A stretch of 64,000 nt of DNA. Origin: Elusimicrobiota bacterium (GTDB lineage: Bacteria > Elusimicrobiota > Endomicrobiia > CG1-02-37-114 > JAHJSO01). Position numbers and translations under genes: made by a program. Location: NCBI GenBank assembly GCA_043826435.1, contig JBDRQF010000044.1, positions 1-64,000 of the forward strand, read 5' to 3'. Shown here piece by piece: positions 37,028-47,483 of this stretch (position 1 is its first letter; each line of letters starts with the position of its first letter). Under the pieces are notes generated by a model that was given only the letters and a program-made list of their open reading frames with translations, ran no database searches and was not told the origin of the DNA.

Positions 37028-38113
37028 TTAACCCGCCGGAGCGTGGTATAGCAAAATATCCGGTTGCCAGGCAGCAATTTTCAGCCGCTTCCCGGGAGAA
37101 AGTTTATAGCGGGTATAAATTACCAGGGGAAACTTTAACTCCAGAACGAGTTTCCCGACATCCACAAAGATGCTGACCGTGTCGCTGTAGAAATAATTTT
37201 CTATAATCTTTCCGTCAAATAAATTATTTTTTAATTCTTCCCGCAGCGGAATATCTTCTTTGACAATTTTTACGCTCTGTGGACGGATACAGATGAACAC
37301 TTTCTGGCCGGCGGAAAATCCCTGATACAGAGGGGCAATAAACCTTAGCCCCGGGCAGTCAATTACAAGTTGGTTGTTTTCACTGCCTGCTATCTCCCCG
37401 GTAAAAATATTTTTTATCCCGAAATAGCGGGCGATCTCCAAGGACGCCGGGCGCATAAGTATCTCCCGGGGAGGCCCCGTCTGTTTAATTTGTCCGCCGA
37501 TAATTATCGCCAGGGAATCCGCCAGGGTCATCGCTTCTTCAATATCGTGAGTCACCTGAATAACCGTTGTTTTCAGGCCGGTCAAAATTTTTTTCAACTC
37601 AAACCAGAGATAACGTTTCAATCCCGCATCAATCGCCGAAAATGGCTCATCTAACAGGAGCAGTTGCGGCTGGTTAATCAGCGTGCGCGCCAGCGCCACC
37701 CGCTGCCTTTCTCCGCCGGAGAGTTTTTCCACCGGACGGTTCAGAATATTCCCTATATCAAACAGTGAAGATATCTCTTTTAGGCGGATATTTTTCTCGC
37801 GGGCGGGAACATTTTTTATGTCCAGGCCAAAAAGAATATTTTGCCGGACGTTTAAATGCGGGAAAAGACGATAATTCTGAGCCATATAGCCGATGGCGCG
37901 AATCGCCGTCGGCAGAAATGTAATATCCTTACCCCCTAAAGCAATTTTTCCGCCGGCAGTCCTTTCCAGCCCGCAAATACAGCGCAGCAACAATGTCTTT
38001 CCGCTTCCGGTGGGCCCCAACAATAAAAAATACCTGTTTTCTTCAACTTTTATGGTGATGTTTTTCAGGGCAAAACTGCCGGCAGTAAAATTCAGATTTT
38101 CTATCTTCAACAT
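37028..38113 (-). CDS. modC: Molybdate/tungstate ABC transporter ATPase with TOBE domain
   Basis: GPTGSGKT, LSGGERQR, LLLDEP; operon context. Confidence 0.8.
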   Translation of the reverse strand: MLKIENLNFTAGSFALKNITIKVEENRYFLLLGPTGSGKTLLLRCICGLERTAGGKIALGGKDITFLPTAIRAIGYMAQNYRLFPHLNVRQNILFGLDIKNVPAREKNIRLKEISSLFDIGNILNRPVEKLSGGERQRVALARTLINQPQLLLLDEPFSAIDAGLKRYLWFELKKILTGLKTTVIQVTHDIEEAMTLADSLAIIIGGQIKQTGPPREILMRPASLEIARYFGIKNIFTGEIAGSENNQLVIDCPGLRFIAPLYQGFSAGQKVFICIRPQSVKIVKEDIPLREELKNNLFDGKIIENYFYSDTVSIFVDVGKLVLELKFPLVIYTRYKLSPGKRLKIAAWQPDILLYHAPAG

Positions 38114-38124
38114 CGTGGCCTTCT

Positions 38125-38904
38125 TTAGTGCCTTCTTTCAGTCGAAACTTTCAGTAAAAACAGGATCGCCCCTGCCATCGCCAGGGACAGAATAATATAA
38201 ATTATTGTCAGGTGAACGTCTGCCGAAGCCAGGGATAAAAATATCGCCACCGGCAGGGTTTCGGTCTTAAAGGTTGTCGCTCCCGCCAGGGTAACGGTTG
38301 CCCCGAACTCCCCCAGCGCCCGCGCCCAGACCAGAATTATCGCCACCAGAATCCCCTTTTTTGCCATCGGTAAAGAAATCCTTAAAAACATCTGATTTTC
38401 CGTAGCGCCAAGCGTCCGGGCAATGTCTTCGTATTCCTTTTCCGTATAGTCAAAAACGGTCTTGACCAGAGTCACCGCCAGTCCAAAAACAATCACCACC
38501 TGCGCCAGAACGATCCCACGGACGTTAAAAACAATCGGACCAAAAATTTTTTCTATCAGTTTCCCCGCCGGGGTATTAAAAAAAATCAAAAGGATTGCCC
38601 CCATGGCTGTCGGCGATATCACCATCGGCAAAAGCAAAACTGCTTCCACGATTTTTTTTCCGAAAAAGTTGTACCGCGATAAAACGTATCCGGAAGGGAT
38701 TGCCAGCAAAATACTTAGAAAGGCAGCCGTTCCCGAAGTTATCAGGGACAGTTTTACCGCAAAAATTATCCTGTCCAAATTAAAGGCCCGCTGGGGCGAA
38801 GAAACGAACAGTTGATAAACAATTCCGGCCATCGCCAGAAGAAAAATGACTATCGCCGCCAGCAGGACAAAAAAGCCCACCCCGGGGAAAAACTTATTTT
38901 TCAT
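38125..38904 (-). CDS. modB: Molybdate ABC transporter permease
   Basis: LPMVISP, ARTLGA, ARALGEFGAT. Confidence 0.82.
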   Translation of the reverse strand: MKNKFFPGVGFFVLLAAIVIFLLAMAGIVYQLFVSSPQRAFNLDRIIFAVKLSLITSGTAAFLSILLAIPSGYVLSRYNFFGKKIVEAVLLLPMVISPTAMGAILLIFFNTPAGKLIEKIFGPIVFNVRGIVLAQVVIVFGLAVTLVKTVFDYTEKEYEDIARTLGATENQMFLRISLPMAKKGILVAIILVWARALGEFGATVTLAGATTFKTETLPVAIFLSLASADVHLTIIYIILSLAMAGAILFLLKVSTERRH

Positions 38905-39836
38905 TTTGCCTTTTTTAGTACATCCCAGTATCGGGAAGGAATCTCATAAACCCCGCCGGTAGATACCCGGAGGACATATTTTTTTACCTTTTTTATGTCG
39001 CGGATATGGCCGTATTTTCGCCAGATTTTTTTTGACTCCGGGTTGTTAATCACATAATCAATAAACTCTTCCGCAAGCCGGCGGTTGCGTACGAATACCG
39101 GCACGGCAACCGGGATATAAGAAAGCCGCCCGATTTGCGCGGGATTTATCTTTATCCAGCGAACCCTGTCGGGATTCCACGACTCAAAAACATCCCATCC
39201 GAGAATGGCATCCACTTTATTTAATACCGCCAGGGTGGCCGTGTCCTCACAACTTTTGGCAAAAACTACCACCTGCGGCAAAACCTTCTCCATCAGGTTA
39301 TTTTTATCCAGAATCTCCAGCCCGTACAGCCCCAGACAGACCGCTTCCGGATTTCCCATCCCCACTCGGACGTCCGGCCGGCCAAGGTCTTCCAATTTCC
39401 GGATGTTTTTGGGATTCCCCTTCGGCACAATGATCGCCGGGACAAGATAAGAAATAATCTTTTCGCTCCCGGGGATAAGCAACCCCTTTTTTTCACCGAT
39501 AATGACGTAATCCGGAGAACCGCACAGATAAACATCGCCCCGTTTACTCAACTCCATCTGGGCAAGCAGTGTCCCGGAACCACTATAGATAACATTGACT
39601 TTGTTGCCGCTTTCTTTTTCATAATTGGGAATAATCTCATCCATCGGCACCCGCACAGCCGCCCCGCAGAAAAAATAAATTTCTTCGCCAAAACCCGTTC
39701 CGACTTTCCCGGCCGTCCCGGTTAAAAAAAATCCGTGCATTGCCAGCAACGTTGCCAAAAATATTTTCGGCGATAACCCCTTAACTGCTCTCTTTATACG
39801 CATACCCCTAAATGATTTCCCCTTTTCAATTTTCAT
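38901..39836 (-). CDS. modA: Molybdate ABC transporter substrate-binding protein
   Basis: CGAA, YSGSGTL, GNPKNI..LEDL, GNPEAV; start 39836 or 39803 (the track start overlaps a TTGAAA-17-TAGAAT promoter). Confidence 0.82.
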   Translation of the reverse strand: MKIEKGKSFRGMRIKRAVKGLSPKIFLATLLAMHGFFLTGTAGKVGTGFGEEIYFFCGAAVRVPMDEIIPNYEKESGNKVNVIYSGSGTLLAQMELSKRGDVYLCGSPDYVIIGEKKGLLIPGSEKIISYLVPAIIVPKGNPKNIRKLEDLGRPDVRVGMGNPEAVCLGLYGLEILDKNNLMEKVLPQVVVFAKSCEDTATLAVLNKVDAILGWDVFESWNPDRVRWIKINPAQIGRLSYIPVAVPVFVRNRRLAEEFIDYVINNPESKKIWRKYGHIRDIKKVKKYVLRVSTGGVYEIPSRYWDVLKKAK

Positions 39837-39971
39837 GCCTTTATACACGGAACGTGCCGGCTGCTCTATGACCCTCAAGCCGGTAAATCCTAATGCGTCG
39901 CTGCCATATTCTATCACAAATAACGGTATTTTTCAAGGGGCACCTTTGGTTTGACACTTTTTGACGCTTTT

Positions 39972-40000
39972 TTGACAAATTTCAAAAAATAAGGTATAAT
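39972..40000 (+). promoter_or_regulatory. Consensus sigma70 promoter of valS
   Basis: TTGACA-17 bp-TATAAT. Confidence 0.75.
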
Positions 40001-40045
40001 ACGAAAAACGTAATCAATCAAATTTCAACTTTTAAAAAGCAAACT

Positions 40046-42844
40046 ATGGATATACCAAAAACATATAACCCTGAAGAGGCGGAACAAAAATGGTACGATT
40101 TCTGGCAGGCGAGGAATTATTTCATCTCCGCTCCCGGGGGTCGTCCCGGCCAGACGTCTGAAAACAAAAAACCGTTTACCATAGTAATCCCCCCTCCAAA
40201 CGTCACGGGAGCGCTACACATCGGGCATGCCCTGAACAACACCCTGCAGGACGTCATTACAAGGTTCCGCAGGATGCAGGGATATAATGCATTGTGGGTG
40301 CCGGGGACTGACCACGGCGGCATAGCAACTCAGAACGTGGTGGAACGCCTGCTGTTAGCCGAAGGTAAAACGAGACAGCAACTGGGCAGGGAAAAATTTC
40401 TTGAGAAAATGTGGCAGTGGAAAAACGAATCGGGGGACACCATCCTCAACCAGTTAAAACGGCTGGGTTGCTCATGTGACTGGACAAGGACAAAATTTAC
40501 AATGGACGATGATATGTCCCTGGCTGTCATGGCGGCGTTTGTTCAACTTTACAATAACGGTTTAATATACAGGGGCAACCGGATGGTAAACTGGTGCCCG
40601 AGGTGCCAGACAGCCCTTGCTGATATTGAAGTGGAACACAAAGAGCAGAAAGGTAACTTGTGGTACATCCTGTATCATTTTAAAATGGATAACGGGCGCT
40701 CCGGTATCGGCGGCAGCCACGATTCTGGCGGGATAAACGAAACCGGGGACACCCCTTATGTTGTCGTCGCAACGACCAGGCCCGAAACAATGTTAGGTGA
40801 TACAGCCGTGGCAGTGAACCCCGGTGATGAAAGATATAAAATTTTCATCGGCAGGAAACTGATTTTACCACTCGTCGGAAGAGAAATACCGGTAGTCGCC
40901 GACGAATTAGTTGACCCTGCATTCGGAACGGGGGCGGTAAAGGTTACCCCGAGCCACGACCCAGTTGACTTCGCAATTGCAGAAAGGCACAAACTCCCGT
41001 CGGTTATTGTTATTGATGAAACAGGAAAAATGACCAAACACGCAGGCATCGGTTACGCCGGCCTTGACAGGTATGATTGCAGAAAGAAGGTCGTTGATGA
41101 CCTCTATGCAAAAGGGCTGATAGAAAAGACGGAGGACTATGTCCACTCCGTCGGAACCTGCTACCGGTGTCACACGGTTATAGAACCGCTGGTTTCCGAG
41201 CAGTGGTTCTTGTCCACCAAAGAAATCGCAACGACGGCTGCAGACGCAGTAAAATCCGGCAGGGTGAAATTTTATCCCGAATCATGGGCAAGCCCCTGCA
41301 TTGACTGGCTTGAAAACCTTCAGGACTGGTGTCTTTCCCGTCAGATATGGTGGGGACACAGGATACCCGTGTGGTACTGCAAAAACAAAAAGACGGGCTG
41401 CAAGCCGGTCGCCTCGGTTACGCGGCCGCCAAAATGCCCCGTCTGCAGCGGTGCTGAAATTGAACAGGACCCCGACGTCCTGGACACATGGTTCTCGTCC
41501 GCACTGTGGCCTTTCACGGTTTTCGGATGGCCGGACAGGAATGAAGAAAAGCAGGTTTCCGGCAACGGCGGCAATGACGGCGGGCTGCGGTATTACTATC
41601 CCACATCAGTCCTCGTAACGGGCTATGAAATCCTGTATCTCTGGGTCGCCAGGATGATAATGATGGGCTTGAAATTTATGGGCGACGTGCCTTTCCGCAA
41701 CGTGTATATCCACGGCATCGTTCGGGACATCCACGGTAAAAAAATGTCAAAGTCCCTGGGTAACGTCGTTGACCCCCTTGAGATAATGAAACAGTACGGC
41801 ACTGACTCGTTAAGGTTCGTCCTGACACAGTCGTCAACCGCAGGCAGAGACATACAGATTTCGGAAGACAGTTTTACGGGCGCACGAAATTTCTGCAACA
41901 AAATCTGGAATGCAGGACGTTTTATTCTGATGAATACAACACAAGAAAACACGCCTCGGCAGGACGTTTCTCCCGACGGGCCGTCAGGGGCATCAGACCC
42001 GGTGGACAGGTGGATAATAAGCCGGTATAACGAGTGCGTGTCCGACGTGACACGCTCGTTTGAAAACTACAACCCGGCAGAGGCATCAAGGCGGCTCTAT
42101 GATTTCTTCTGGTCTGAATTCTGCGACTGGTACCTTGAACTGGTAAAGCCCCGCCTGGCGCCTGGCACAAAACCGCCGTCCGCCCTGCTGGAGGTATTTA
42201 TCGGATGCCTGCGGATGCTTCACCCGATAATGCCTTACATTACCGAGGAACTTTACCAGAAGGTGCTTTCAGCGGTCGGGCCGGATGAGAGCGGCCAAAA
42301 CGGGGCTTTCCCCGAATCCATAATGATTTATCCCTGGCCGTCGGTAAAAAATGAAATGGCCTATCCTGATGACGTCCGGGAATTAAGGTTTATCATGGAG
42401 TTAATTACAAACATAAGAATAATCAGGGCCGAAATGAACGTCCCCGTTAAACAGACAATCAACATGGTTGTTCTTTCGCACGACAACCGCGTGCCTGACT
42501 TAATAAAAAAATACATCCCGAACCTGAAATTTATGTGCAGGGTTGACGGGTTTTCCGCGGCCGGAACAAAGCCGGCGCGCTCGGCGGTAACCGTCATCGG
42601 CGATATTGAGATATGCATCCCCCTTGAAGGAATCATTGATTTTGCAAAGGAGTCAGCCCGTCTCACAAAAACAATTGCAGCCGTTTCACGGGACATTGAA
42701 ATCTTAGGGGCGAAACTTTCCAACGAAAAATTCCTTTCGCGGGCTCCCTCGCAGGAAGTGCAAAAAATAAGGGATTTCAGCCGGCAGAACGAAGACAAGT
42801 TAAACCGCCTGAAAAAATATCTGGAAACACTGGAGGGAAAATGA
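40046..42844 (+). CDS. valS: Valine--tRNA ligase
   Basis: PPPNVTG.LHIGH, DWCLSRQIWWGH, KMSKS, C-terminal coiled coil. Confidence 0.98.
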   Translation: MDIPKTYNPEEAEQKWYDFWQARNYFISAPGGRPGQTSENKKPFTIVIPPPNVTGALHIGHALNNTLQDVITRFRRMQGYNALWVPGTDHGGIATQNVVERLLLAEGKTRQQLGREKFLEKMWQWKNESGDTILNQLKRLGCSCDWTRTKFTMDDDMSLAVMAAFVQLYNNGLIYRGNRMVNWCPRCQTALADIEVEHKEQKGNLWYILYHFKMDNGRSGIGGSHDSGGINETGDTPYVVVATTRPETMLGDTAVAVNPGDERYKIFIGRKLILPLVGREIPVVADELVDPAFGTGAVKVTPSHDPVDFAIAERHKLPSVIVIDETGKMTKHAGIGYAGLDRYDCRKKVVDDLYAKGLIEKTEDYVHSVGTCYRCHTVIEPLVSEQWFLSTKEIATTAADAVKSGRVKFYPESWASPCIDWLENLQDWCLSRQIWWGHRIPVWYCKNKKTGCKPVASVTRPPKCPVCSGAEIEQDPDVLDTWFSSALWPFTVFGWPDRNEEKQVSGNGGNDGGLRYYYPTSVLVTGYEILYLWVARMIMMGLKFMGDVPFRNVYIHGIVRDIHGKKMSKSLGNVVDPLEIMKQYGTDSLRFVLTQSSTAGRDIQISEDSFTGARNFCNKIWNAGRFILMNTTQENTPRQDVSPDGPSGASDPVDRWIISRYNECVSDVTRSFENYNPAEASRRLYDFFWSEFCDWYLELVKPRLAPGTKPPSALLEVFIGCLRMLHPIMPYITEELYQKVLSAVGPDESGQNGAFPESIMIYPWPSVKNEMAYPDDVRELRFIMELITNIRIIRAEMNVPVKQTINMVVLSHDNRVPDLIKKYIPNLKFMCRVDGFSAAGTKPARSAVTVIGDIEICIPLEGIIDFAKESARLTKTIAAVSRDIEILGAKLSNEKFLSRAPSQEVQKIRDFSRQNEDKLNRLKKYLETLEGK

Positions 42845-43527
42845 TGCGTTCCATAAAAATCACGCCTAATTATCTGAAGTTCGGGGACGGTTCCTGTCTT
42901 ATTGAGATGGGGGAAACAAAGATTATATGCGCGTCAACAATAGAGGAGGGCAGGATTCCGCCGCACTGTGAAGCGAAAAATACCGGCTGGGTAACCGCAG
43001 AATATTCAATGCTGCCGCGTTCGGCGAAGCAGAGGACTCCGAGGGCGAGAAACCTTGCCTCAGGCAGGACGCATGAAATACAGCGACTGATAGGCAGGGC
43101 TCTGCGCTCCGTCGTCAACCTGGATATCGTCGGCAAAAGGACGATTATAGTTGACTGCGATGCCGTTCAGGCGGACGGCGGCACGAGAACCGCCTCGGTG
43201 AACGGCGCCTTCATCGCAATGTGCCTCGCATTCCAGAAACTGCAGAAAGAGAAAAAGATAATCGGCAAACCTGTCCTTGACTACCTCGGCGCGATAAGCG
43301 CCGGAATCGTGCGGGGCAAGAAGATTCTTGACCTTTCTGCCGAGGAGGACAATATCGCCGACGTGGACATGAACGTAGTTATGACCGGCGACGGACATTT
43401 CGTTGAAGTCCAGTCAACTGCCGAAGGCAGTGGATTCACCCTAACGGACATGGAAGAAATGCTTGCCCTCGCCCGCAAAGGGATTAAACAGATAATTGAA
43501 CTTGAAAAAAGAATCATCAAAATTTAG
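42841..43527 (+). CDS. rph: Ribonuclease PH
   Basis: GWVTAEYSMLP, GRTHEIQRLIGR, QADGGTRTAS, DMNVV. Confidence 0.96.
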   Translation: MMRSIKITPNYLKFGDGSCLIEMGETKIICASTIEEGRIPPHCEAKNTGWVTAEYSMLPRSAKQRTPRARNLASGRTHEIQRLIGRALRSVVNLDIVGKRTIIVDCDAVQADGGTRTASVNGAFIAMCLAFQKLQKEKKIIGKPVLDYLGAISAGIVRGKKILDLSAEEDNIADVDMNVVMTGDGHFVEVQSTAEGSGFTLTDMEEMLALARKGIKQIIELEKRIIKI

Positions 43528-44204
43528 TGAAACTTTTAATAGCTACATCAAACCCGCATAAACTGAAAGAAATAAAGGACATTTTTGACGACGCCACCGG
43601 AATAGACATCGTTTCGCTGAAGGAATTTCCGGATCTTCCCCCCGTCGTTGAGGACGGCAGGACGCTGGTGGAAAATGCGGTAAAAAAGGCGAAGTCGGGG
43701 TCGCAACGAACAGGGCTGTTGTCTCTGGGGGAAGACACCGGGCTTGAGGTTGAATGTTTAAACGGCGCCCCCGGGGTTTTCTCAGCCAGGTTTGCCGGTG
43801 AAAAGTGTTCTTATGCCGACAATAACAGGAAACTGCTTGGGCTCCTTAAAGGGGTGCCCGACGAAAAAAGGAAGGCGACTTTCAGGTGTGTCGCGGCGAT
43901 ATGCTCGCCGCAGGCGTCATATGGCATGTCGGCATCAGCCGGCCCGTCCGAATTTTCGTCTGTTCTTTCGTCCGGTTTTTCGGACGCAAATTATAAAATA
44001 TACATTGTTGAGGGGACGATATCCGGTTATATCTCAAAAGAAGAACGCGGCACAAACGGGTTCGGGTATGACCCCCTTTTTATAATCCCCGCATCCGGCA
44101 GAACATTCGCTGAAATTTCACAGGAAGAAAAAAATAAAACAAGCCATCGTGCAACCGCAATGCGCAAAGCGAAGAAACTCCTGCTTGAAATTTCCGAAAA
44201 ATAA
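43527..44204 (+). CDS. rdgB: dITP/XTP pyrophosphatase
   Basis: ATSNPHK, EDTGL, PGVFSAR, GFGYDP, SHR; follows rph. Confidence 0.95.
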   Translation: MKLLIATSNPHKLKEIKDIFDDATGIDIVSLKEFPDLPPVVEDGRTLVENAVKKAKSGSQRTGLLSLGEDTGLEVECLNGAPGVFSARFAGEKCSYADNNRKLLGLLKGVPDEKRKATFRCVAAICSPQASYGMSASAGPSEFSSVLSSGFSDANYKIYIVEGTISGYISKEERGTNGFGYDPLFIIPASGRTFAEISQEEKNKTSHRATAMRKAKKLLLEISEK

Positions 44205-44328
44205 TTGTATAATGGATCGTTACAGATGGGTTGTAGATGGGCGGATTTAATATCGCGGAAGATGTTTGTTATGTATTTATTACATCGGGGAGTATTATAT
44301 TTCGCTGACACTTCGGGCTATTTAATTT

Positions 44329-44405
44329 CGGGGCGTGGCTCAGTGGCCTAGAGCGCACGGCTTGGGACCGTGAGGTCGGTGGTTCAAATCCACTCGCCCC
44401 GACCA
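44329..44405 (+). tRNA. tRNA-Pro(TGG)
   Basis: CGGGGCG/CGCCCCG acceptor; CACGG-CT TGG GA-CCGTG; encoded CCA. Confidence 0.95.
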
Positions 44406-44571
44406 TGTCTAATTATATGAATTTTGATAAATCAAACGCACGGTACAACCCCGCAGGGTAATTAAATATGAAAATGTGTATGCGGGGTGCTGCGTGCGGG
44501 GTGTCTTGAAGTTTAAAAAATAATTGTGTATAATTACACATCGCCCAGGTGAAGCATAAAATTTCTTGTGG

Positions 44572-44645
44572 GCCCCTGTAGCTCAATTGGATAGAGCATC
44601 TGCCTTCTAAGCAGAGGGCTGCGTGTTCAAGTCACGCCGGGGGCA
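44572..44645 (+). tRNA. tRNA-Arg(TCT)
   Basis: GCCCCTG/CGGGGGC; TCTGC-CT TCT AA-GCAGA. Confidence 0.93.
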
Positions 44646-44664
44646 TTCGCACTTAAACACATGT

Positions 44665-44759
44665 TGTCATTACGAGCAGGGCTTCGCCCGTTCATAGGTT
44701 GCACAGTGGCTGACTATATGCCCCAGATGGATTGAACGCCGAAAGGGCGAAGTAATCGC
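44665..44759 (+). repeat. Extended REP-like palindromic element between tRNAs
   Basis: TGTCATTACGAG...CTTCGCCC-GTTCA...TGAAC...GGGCGAAGTAATCGC; same termini as the element at 22254. Confidence 0.55.
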
Positions 44760-44787
44760 ATGTTCTATTTCAACGGGTATTCTCAGT

Positions 44788-44862
44788 GGTGGGTATAGCT
44801 CAATTGGTTAGAGCACTTGGCTGTGGCCCAAGTTGTTGCCGGTTCAAGTCCGGTTACCCACC
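44788..44862 (+). tRNA. tRNA-His(GTG)
   Basis: G-1 plus GTGGGTA/TACCCAC-C; CTTGG-CT GTG GC-CCAAG. Confidence 0.94.
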
Positions 44863-44898
44863 CTTCCTTATTTTGAAGAGGCTCTCCTTTTTCTCCCA

Positions 44899-46023
44899 AT
44901 GGCTACGCTGAACTTTTTGTTTTTTCTGTTTTTGTTCCTGTCAATATATCTCAGCATGCACTATTACGTTTATGCCAGGGTATCAAAGGGCTTGGGGTTG
45001 TCACGGGCCTTTTCCCGATACCTGCTGGCGGGCTTTCTCCTATCAGCCCTGTCATTTTTTATTTTTGAAATCCTATCAAGAAAGACAGCCCATCCACTCC
45101 TCAGGCCGTTTCATTTGCTTTCCAGTTCCTGGTTAGGCGTTATTTCAATCGCAACGACCACGTTTATAATCGCCGACGTCGTCCGCCTGATGTTCCGCAA
45201 AGAACGGTCCGGGTATTATGCGACTGTTGCTGCCGTAACCGTTTCCGCATTGTTATCCGTTTACTCCTTTGTAAACGTAGTTTTCAGAAAACCGCTTATA
45301 AAAGAACTGAACATACCAATCTCAAAACTGCCCGCTGAACTGTCGGGCTTCAGCATAGTGCAGTTGTCGGACCTGCACCTGCATCCCCTCAAATCCGAAA
45401 GATGGCTGGAAACAATCGTTGACGAAGTGAATAAACTGCACCCGGACGTCGTCGTAATCACCGGGGACCTGATAGACGCAAACCTGTGTAAGATGGATAA
45501 ACACTGCGGGGCGCTGGGCCGTATTGAATCCGTCCATGGCGTTTACGCGGTAGCCGGGAACCATGAGTTTTATGTCGGGCTTGACACATTTGAAAAAATA
45601 GCCGCGGATTCCGGCATCACCGTTTTAAGGGACGAGAGCGTTACGATTGCAGGAGGTCTTGTGCTTGCGGGTATAGACGACTTTTTAACAAAGAAGAGGT
45701 TCACGGGGACAAGCCCCGACCTGAAATCAATTCTGGAGAAATGCGACAGAACGAAACCGTTAATACTTCTTTCGCACCAGCCGGACGTTTTTGACGAGGC
45801 GGTGAAATACGGGGTTGATTTACAATTATCCGGACACACCCACGCGGGGCAGGTGCCTCCGATGGACTTTCTGGTTATGCTCTATTTCAAATATCCCGTC
45901 GGGCTTTACGCGAAAAACCTGTCCCATCTTTACACGACGCCGGGCACAGGCACATGGAGCCCGCCGATGCGTCTATTCACCCGGTCGGAAATAGTAAGGG
46001 TTACGCTTACCCGCCGGGACTGA
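44899..46023 (+). CDS. Membrane-anchored metallophosphoesterase (YkuE/YaeI-like)
   Basis: SDLH, GDLID, GNHE, LSHQP, GHTHAGQ; start moved out of the tRNA. Confidence 0.9.
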   Translation: MATLNFLFFLFLFLSIYLSMHYYVYARVSKGLGLSRAFSRYLLAGFLLSALSFFIFEILSRKTAHPLLRPFHLLSSSWLGVISIATTTFIIADVVRLMFRKERSGYYATVAAVTVSALLSVYSFVNVVFRKPLIKELNIPISKLPAELSGFSIVQLSDLHLHPLKSERWLETIVDEVNKLHPDVVVITGDLIDANLCKMDKHCGALGRIESVHGVYAVAGNHEFYVGLDTFEKIAADSGITVLRDESVTIAGGLVLAGIDDFLTKKRFTGTSPDLKSILEKCDRTKPLILLSHQPDVFDEAVKYGVDLQLSGHTHAGQVPPMDFLVMLYFKYPVGLYAKNLSHLYTTPGTGTWSPPMRLFTRSEIVRVTLTRRD

Positions 46024-46050
46024 AACATATTCGCTCATCATTCTTTTCAA

Positions 46051-46905
46051 CTACTTTTCCTTCCACCTGTTGTGCAGCCACATCCACTGCTCCGGGAAGG
46101 TCCTTATATATTTTTCAATGACCTTGTTAATCCCCTCGGTGTTGTGCGACATGTCCTGCCGGAGGTTGCCGGTGTAATGCGGAACAAACTCGTCTTCAGT
46201 ATATATTTCATAATTACGCCCGTTCCTCACGCAAAATACCGGGACAATTTTGCATCCGGTCCTCTTGTTCAGCAGGGTAATAATCGGGGAGGTAAAGGCC
46301 GGCCTGCCCAGAAAATCCACTCTTAATCCCCCCTCCGCGATATGATGGTCTGGCAGTATATACAGTATATCGCCATTTTTTAACCATGAAAATATTTTCC
46401 CTACCTGGTGCTCAAGGAACGCCCTGCCGCCGAGCGACTCCCTTATGACGGTAATTTTTCTGTCAACAGCCCTGTTCCTCAGCGAGCGGACGACGGCGCC
46501 GAATTTATATCCCTCAAGGACCAGCCGCTGGGCGAGTATTTCCCAGTTGCCCACGTGCGCGGAAACCACTATTGTTTTACCCGAAAGGAGTTTCCTGAAT
46601 TTTTCCGGGTCTTTAATCTTTACCCGCGTAAGTATTTTACCGGGCGAGTTTATGTACCTGAGAGCGTCTATGAAACCCCACCCGACATTAAACCACACCC
46701 TGCTGGCGATGGACATCAATTCCTGCCTGGATTTACCGGGAAAGGCAAGACGCAGGTTTTTCAGCATCATCCTGTGTCTCTTGTACAATAAAAACCGGAC
46801 GAGAGGGACAAGCGCTTTAATCGCCAGTTTGCCCGCCGGTTCAGGCAGTATCAAAAAAACACGCCTTATCAACTCTGCAAATGTGTATTCAAAATATTCT
46901 TTCAT
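46051..46905 (-). CDS. Lipid A/lysophospholipid acyltransferase (LpxL/HtrB family)
   Basis: SAHVGNWE, V.FLGRPA, PEQWMWLHNRWK. Confidence 0.9.
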   Translation of the reverse strand: MKEYFEYTFAELIRRVFLILPEPAGKLAIKALVPLVRFLLYKRHRMMLKNLRLAFPGKSRQELMSIASRVWFNVGWGFIDALRYINSPGKILTRVKIKDPEKFRKLLSGKTIVVSAHVGNWEILAQRLVLEGYKFGAVVRSLRNRAVDRKITVIRESLGGRAFLEHQVGKIFSWLKNGDILYILPDHHIAEGGLRVDFLGRPAFTSPIITLLNKRTGCKIVPVFCVRNGRNYEIYTEDEFVPHYTGNLRQDMSHNTEGINKVIEKYIRTFPEQWMWLHNRWKEK

Positions 46906-47138
46906 GCATTAACCCCGGGAAGTTTAAACGGCGCTTCGTAACTATTCGCTTATTCGTGCGTCCTTCCGTCCATAGGCATAAGAGCGATTACGTCAATTAT
47001 TTGTACTACGGTGCAACGGGCTGGATAATAATTCTATTATGGCTGGGGCGTGCACATCTTTCGGCGTATTAGCACCGTCAAGTGTCAAATATTGCACCAT
47101 GTTTTGAGTATTAGAGAGCCGCCTCAAGTAACAAATGC

Positions 47139-47210
47139 CTGGGGAGAGAGGGTTCGAACCTCTGATTGCGGGATCCAAAGTCCCGTGCCTTACCACTTGG
47201 CTACTCCCCA
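47139..47210 (-). tRNA. tRNA-Gln(TTG)
   Basis: TGGGGAG/CTCCCCA; CGGGA-CT TTG GA-TCCCG. Confidence 0.94.
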
Positions 47211-47483
47211 ATAATATTAGTGTTTGCCGACGTTAATCTCTGATCCTTTTTGACCTCCCGTAACCCATCCCTATCCCCCGAAAGTGTCCAAAAAGCGTCC
47301 ATCTCGTTGAACAGGTTACTATAATTCGTATAATTGAAGTATAACAAAGTTTTAAAAAGAAATCAAGCAGGCGGGTAAACAATCAAGCGGGTAAACTTGA
47401 CAATCTACCATTATTTATGTTAATATCTCCAAAGTGCAGGACGGCATAGCAGGGGAAACGTCTATGAACAGGGGACAGCGTCT

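Noticed and set aside
44437..44498. Inverted repeat between tRNA-Pro and tRNA-Arg as an ncRNA
   Set aside because: A single imperfect hairpin (ACCCCGCA/TGCGGGGT) with no recognisable RNA family; may be a processing or termination stem.
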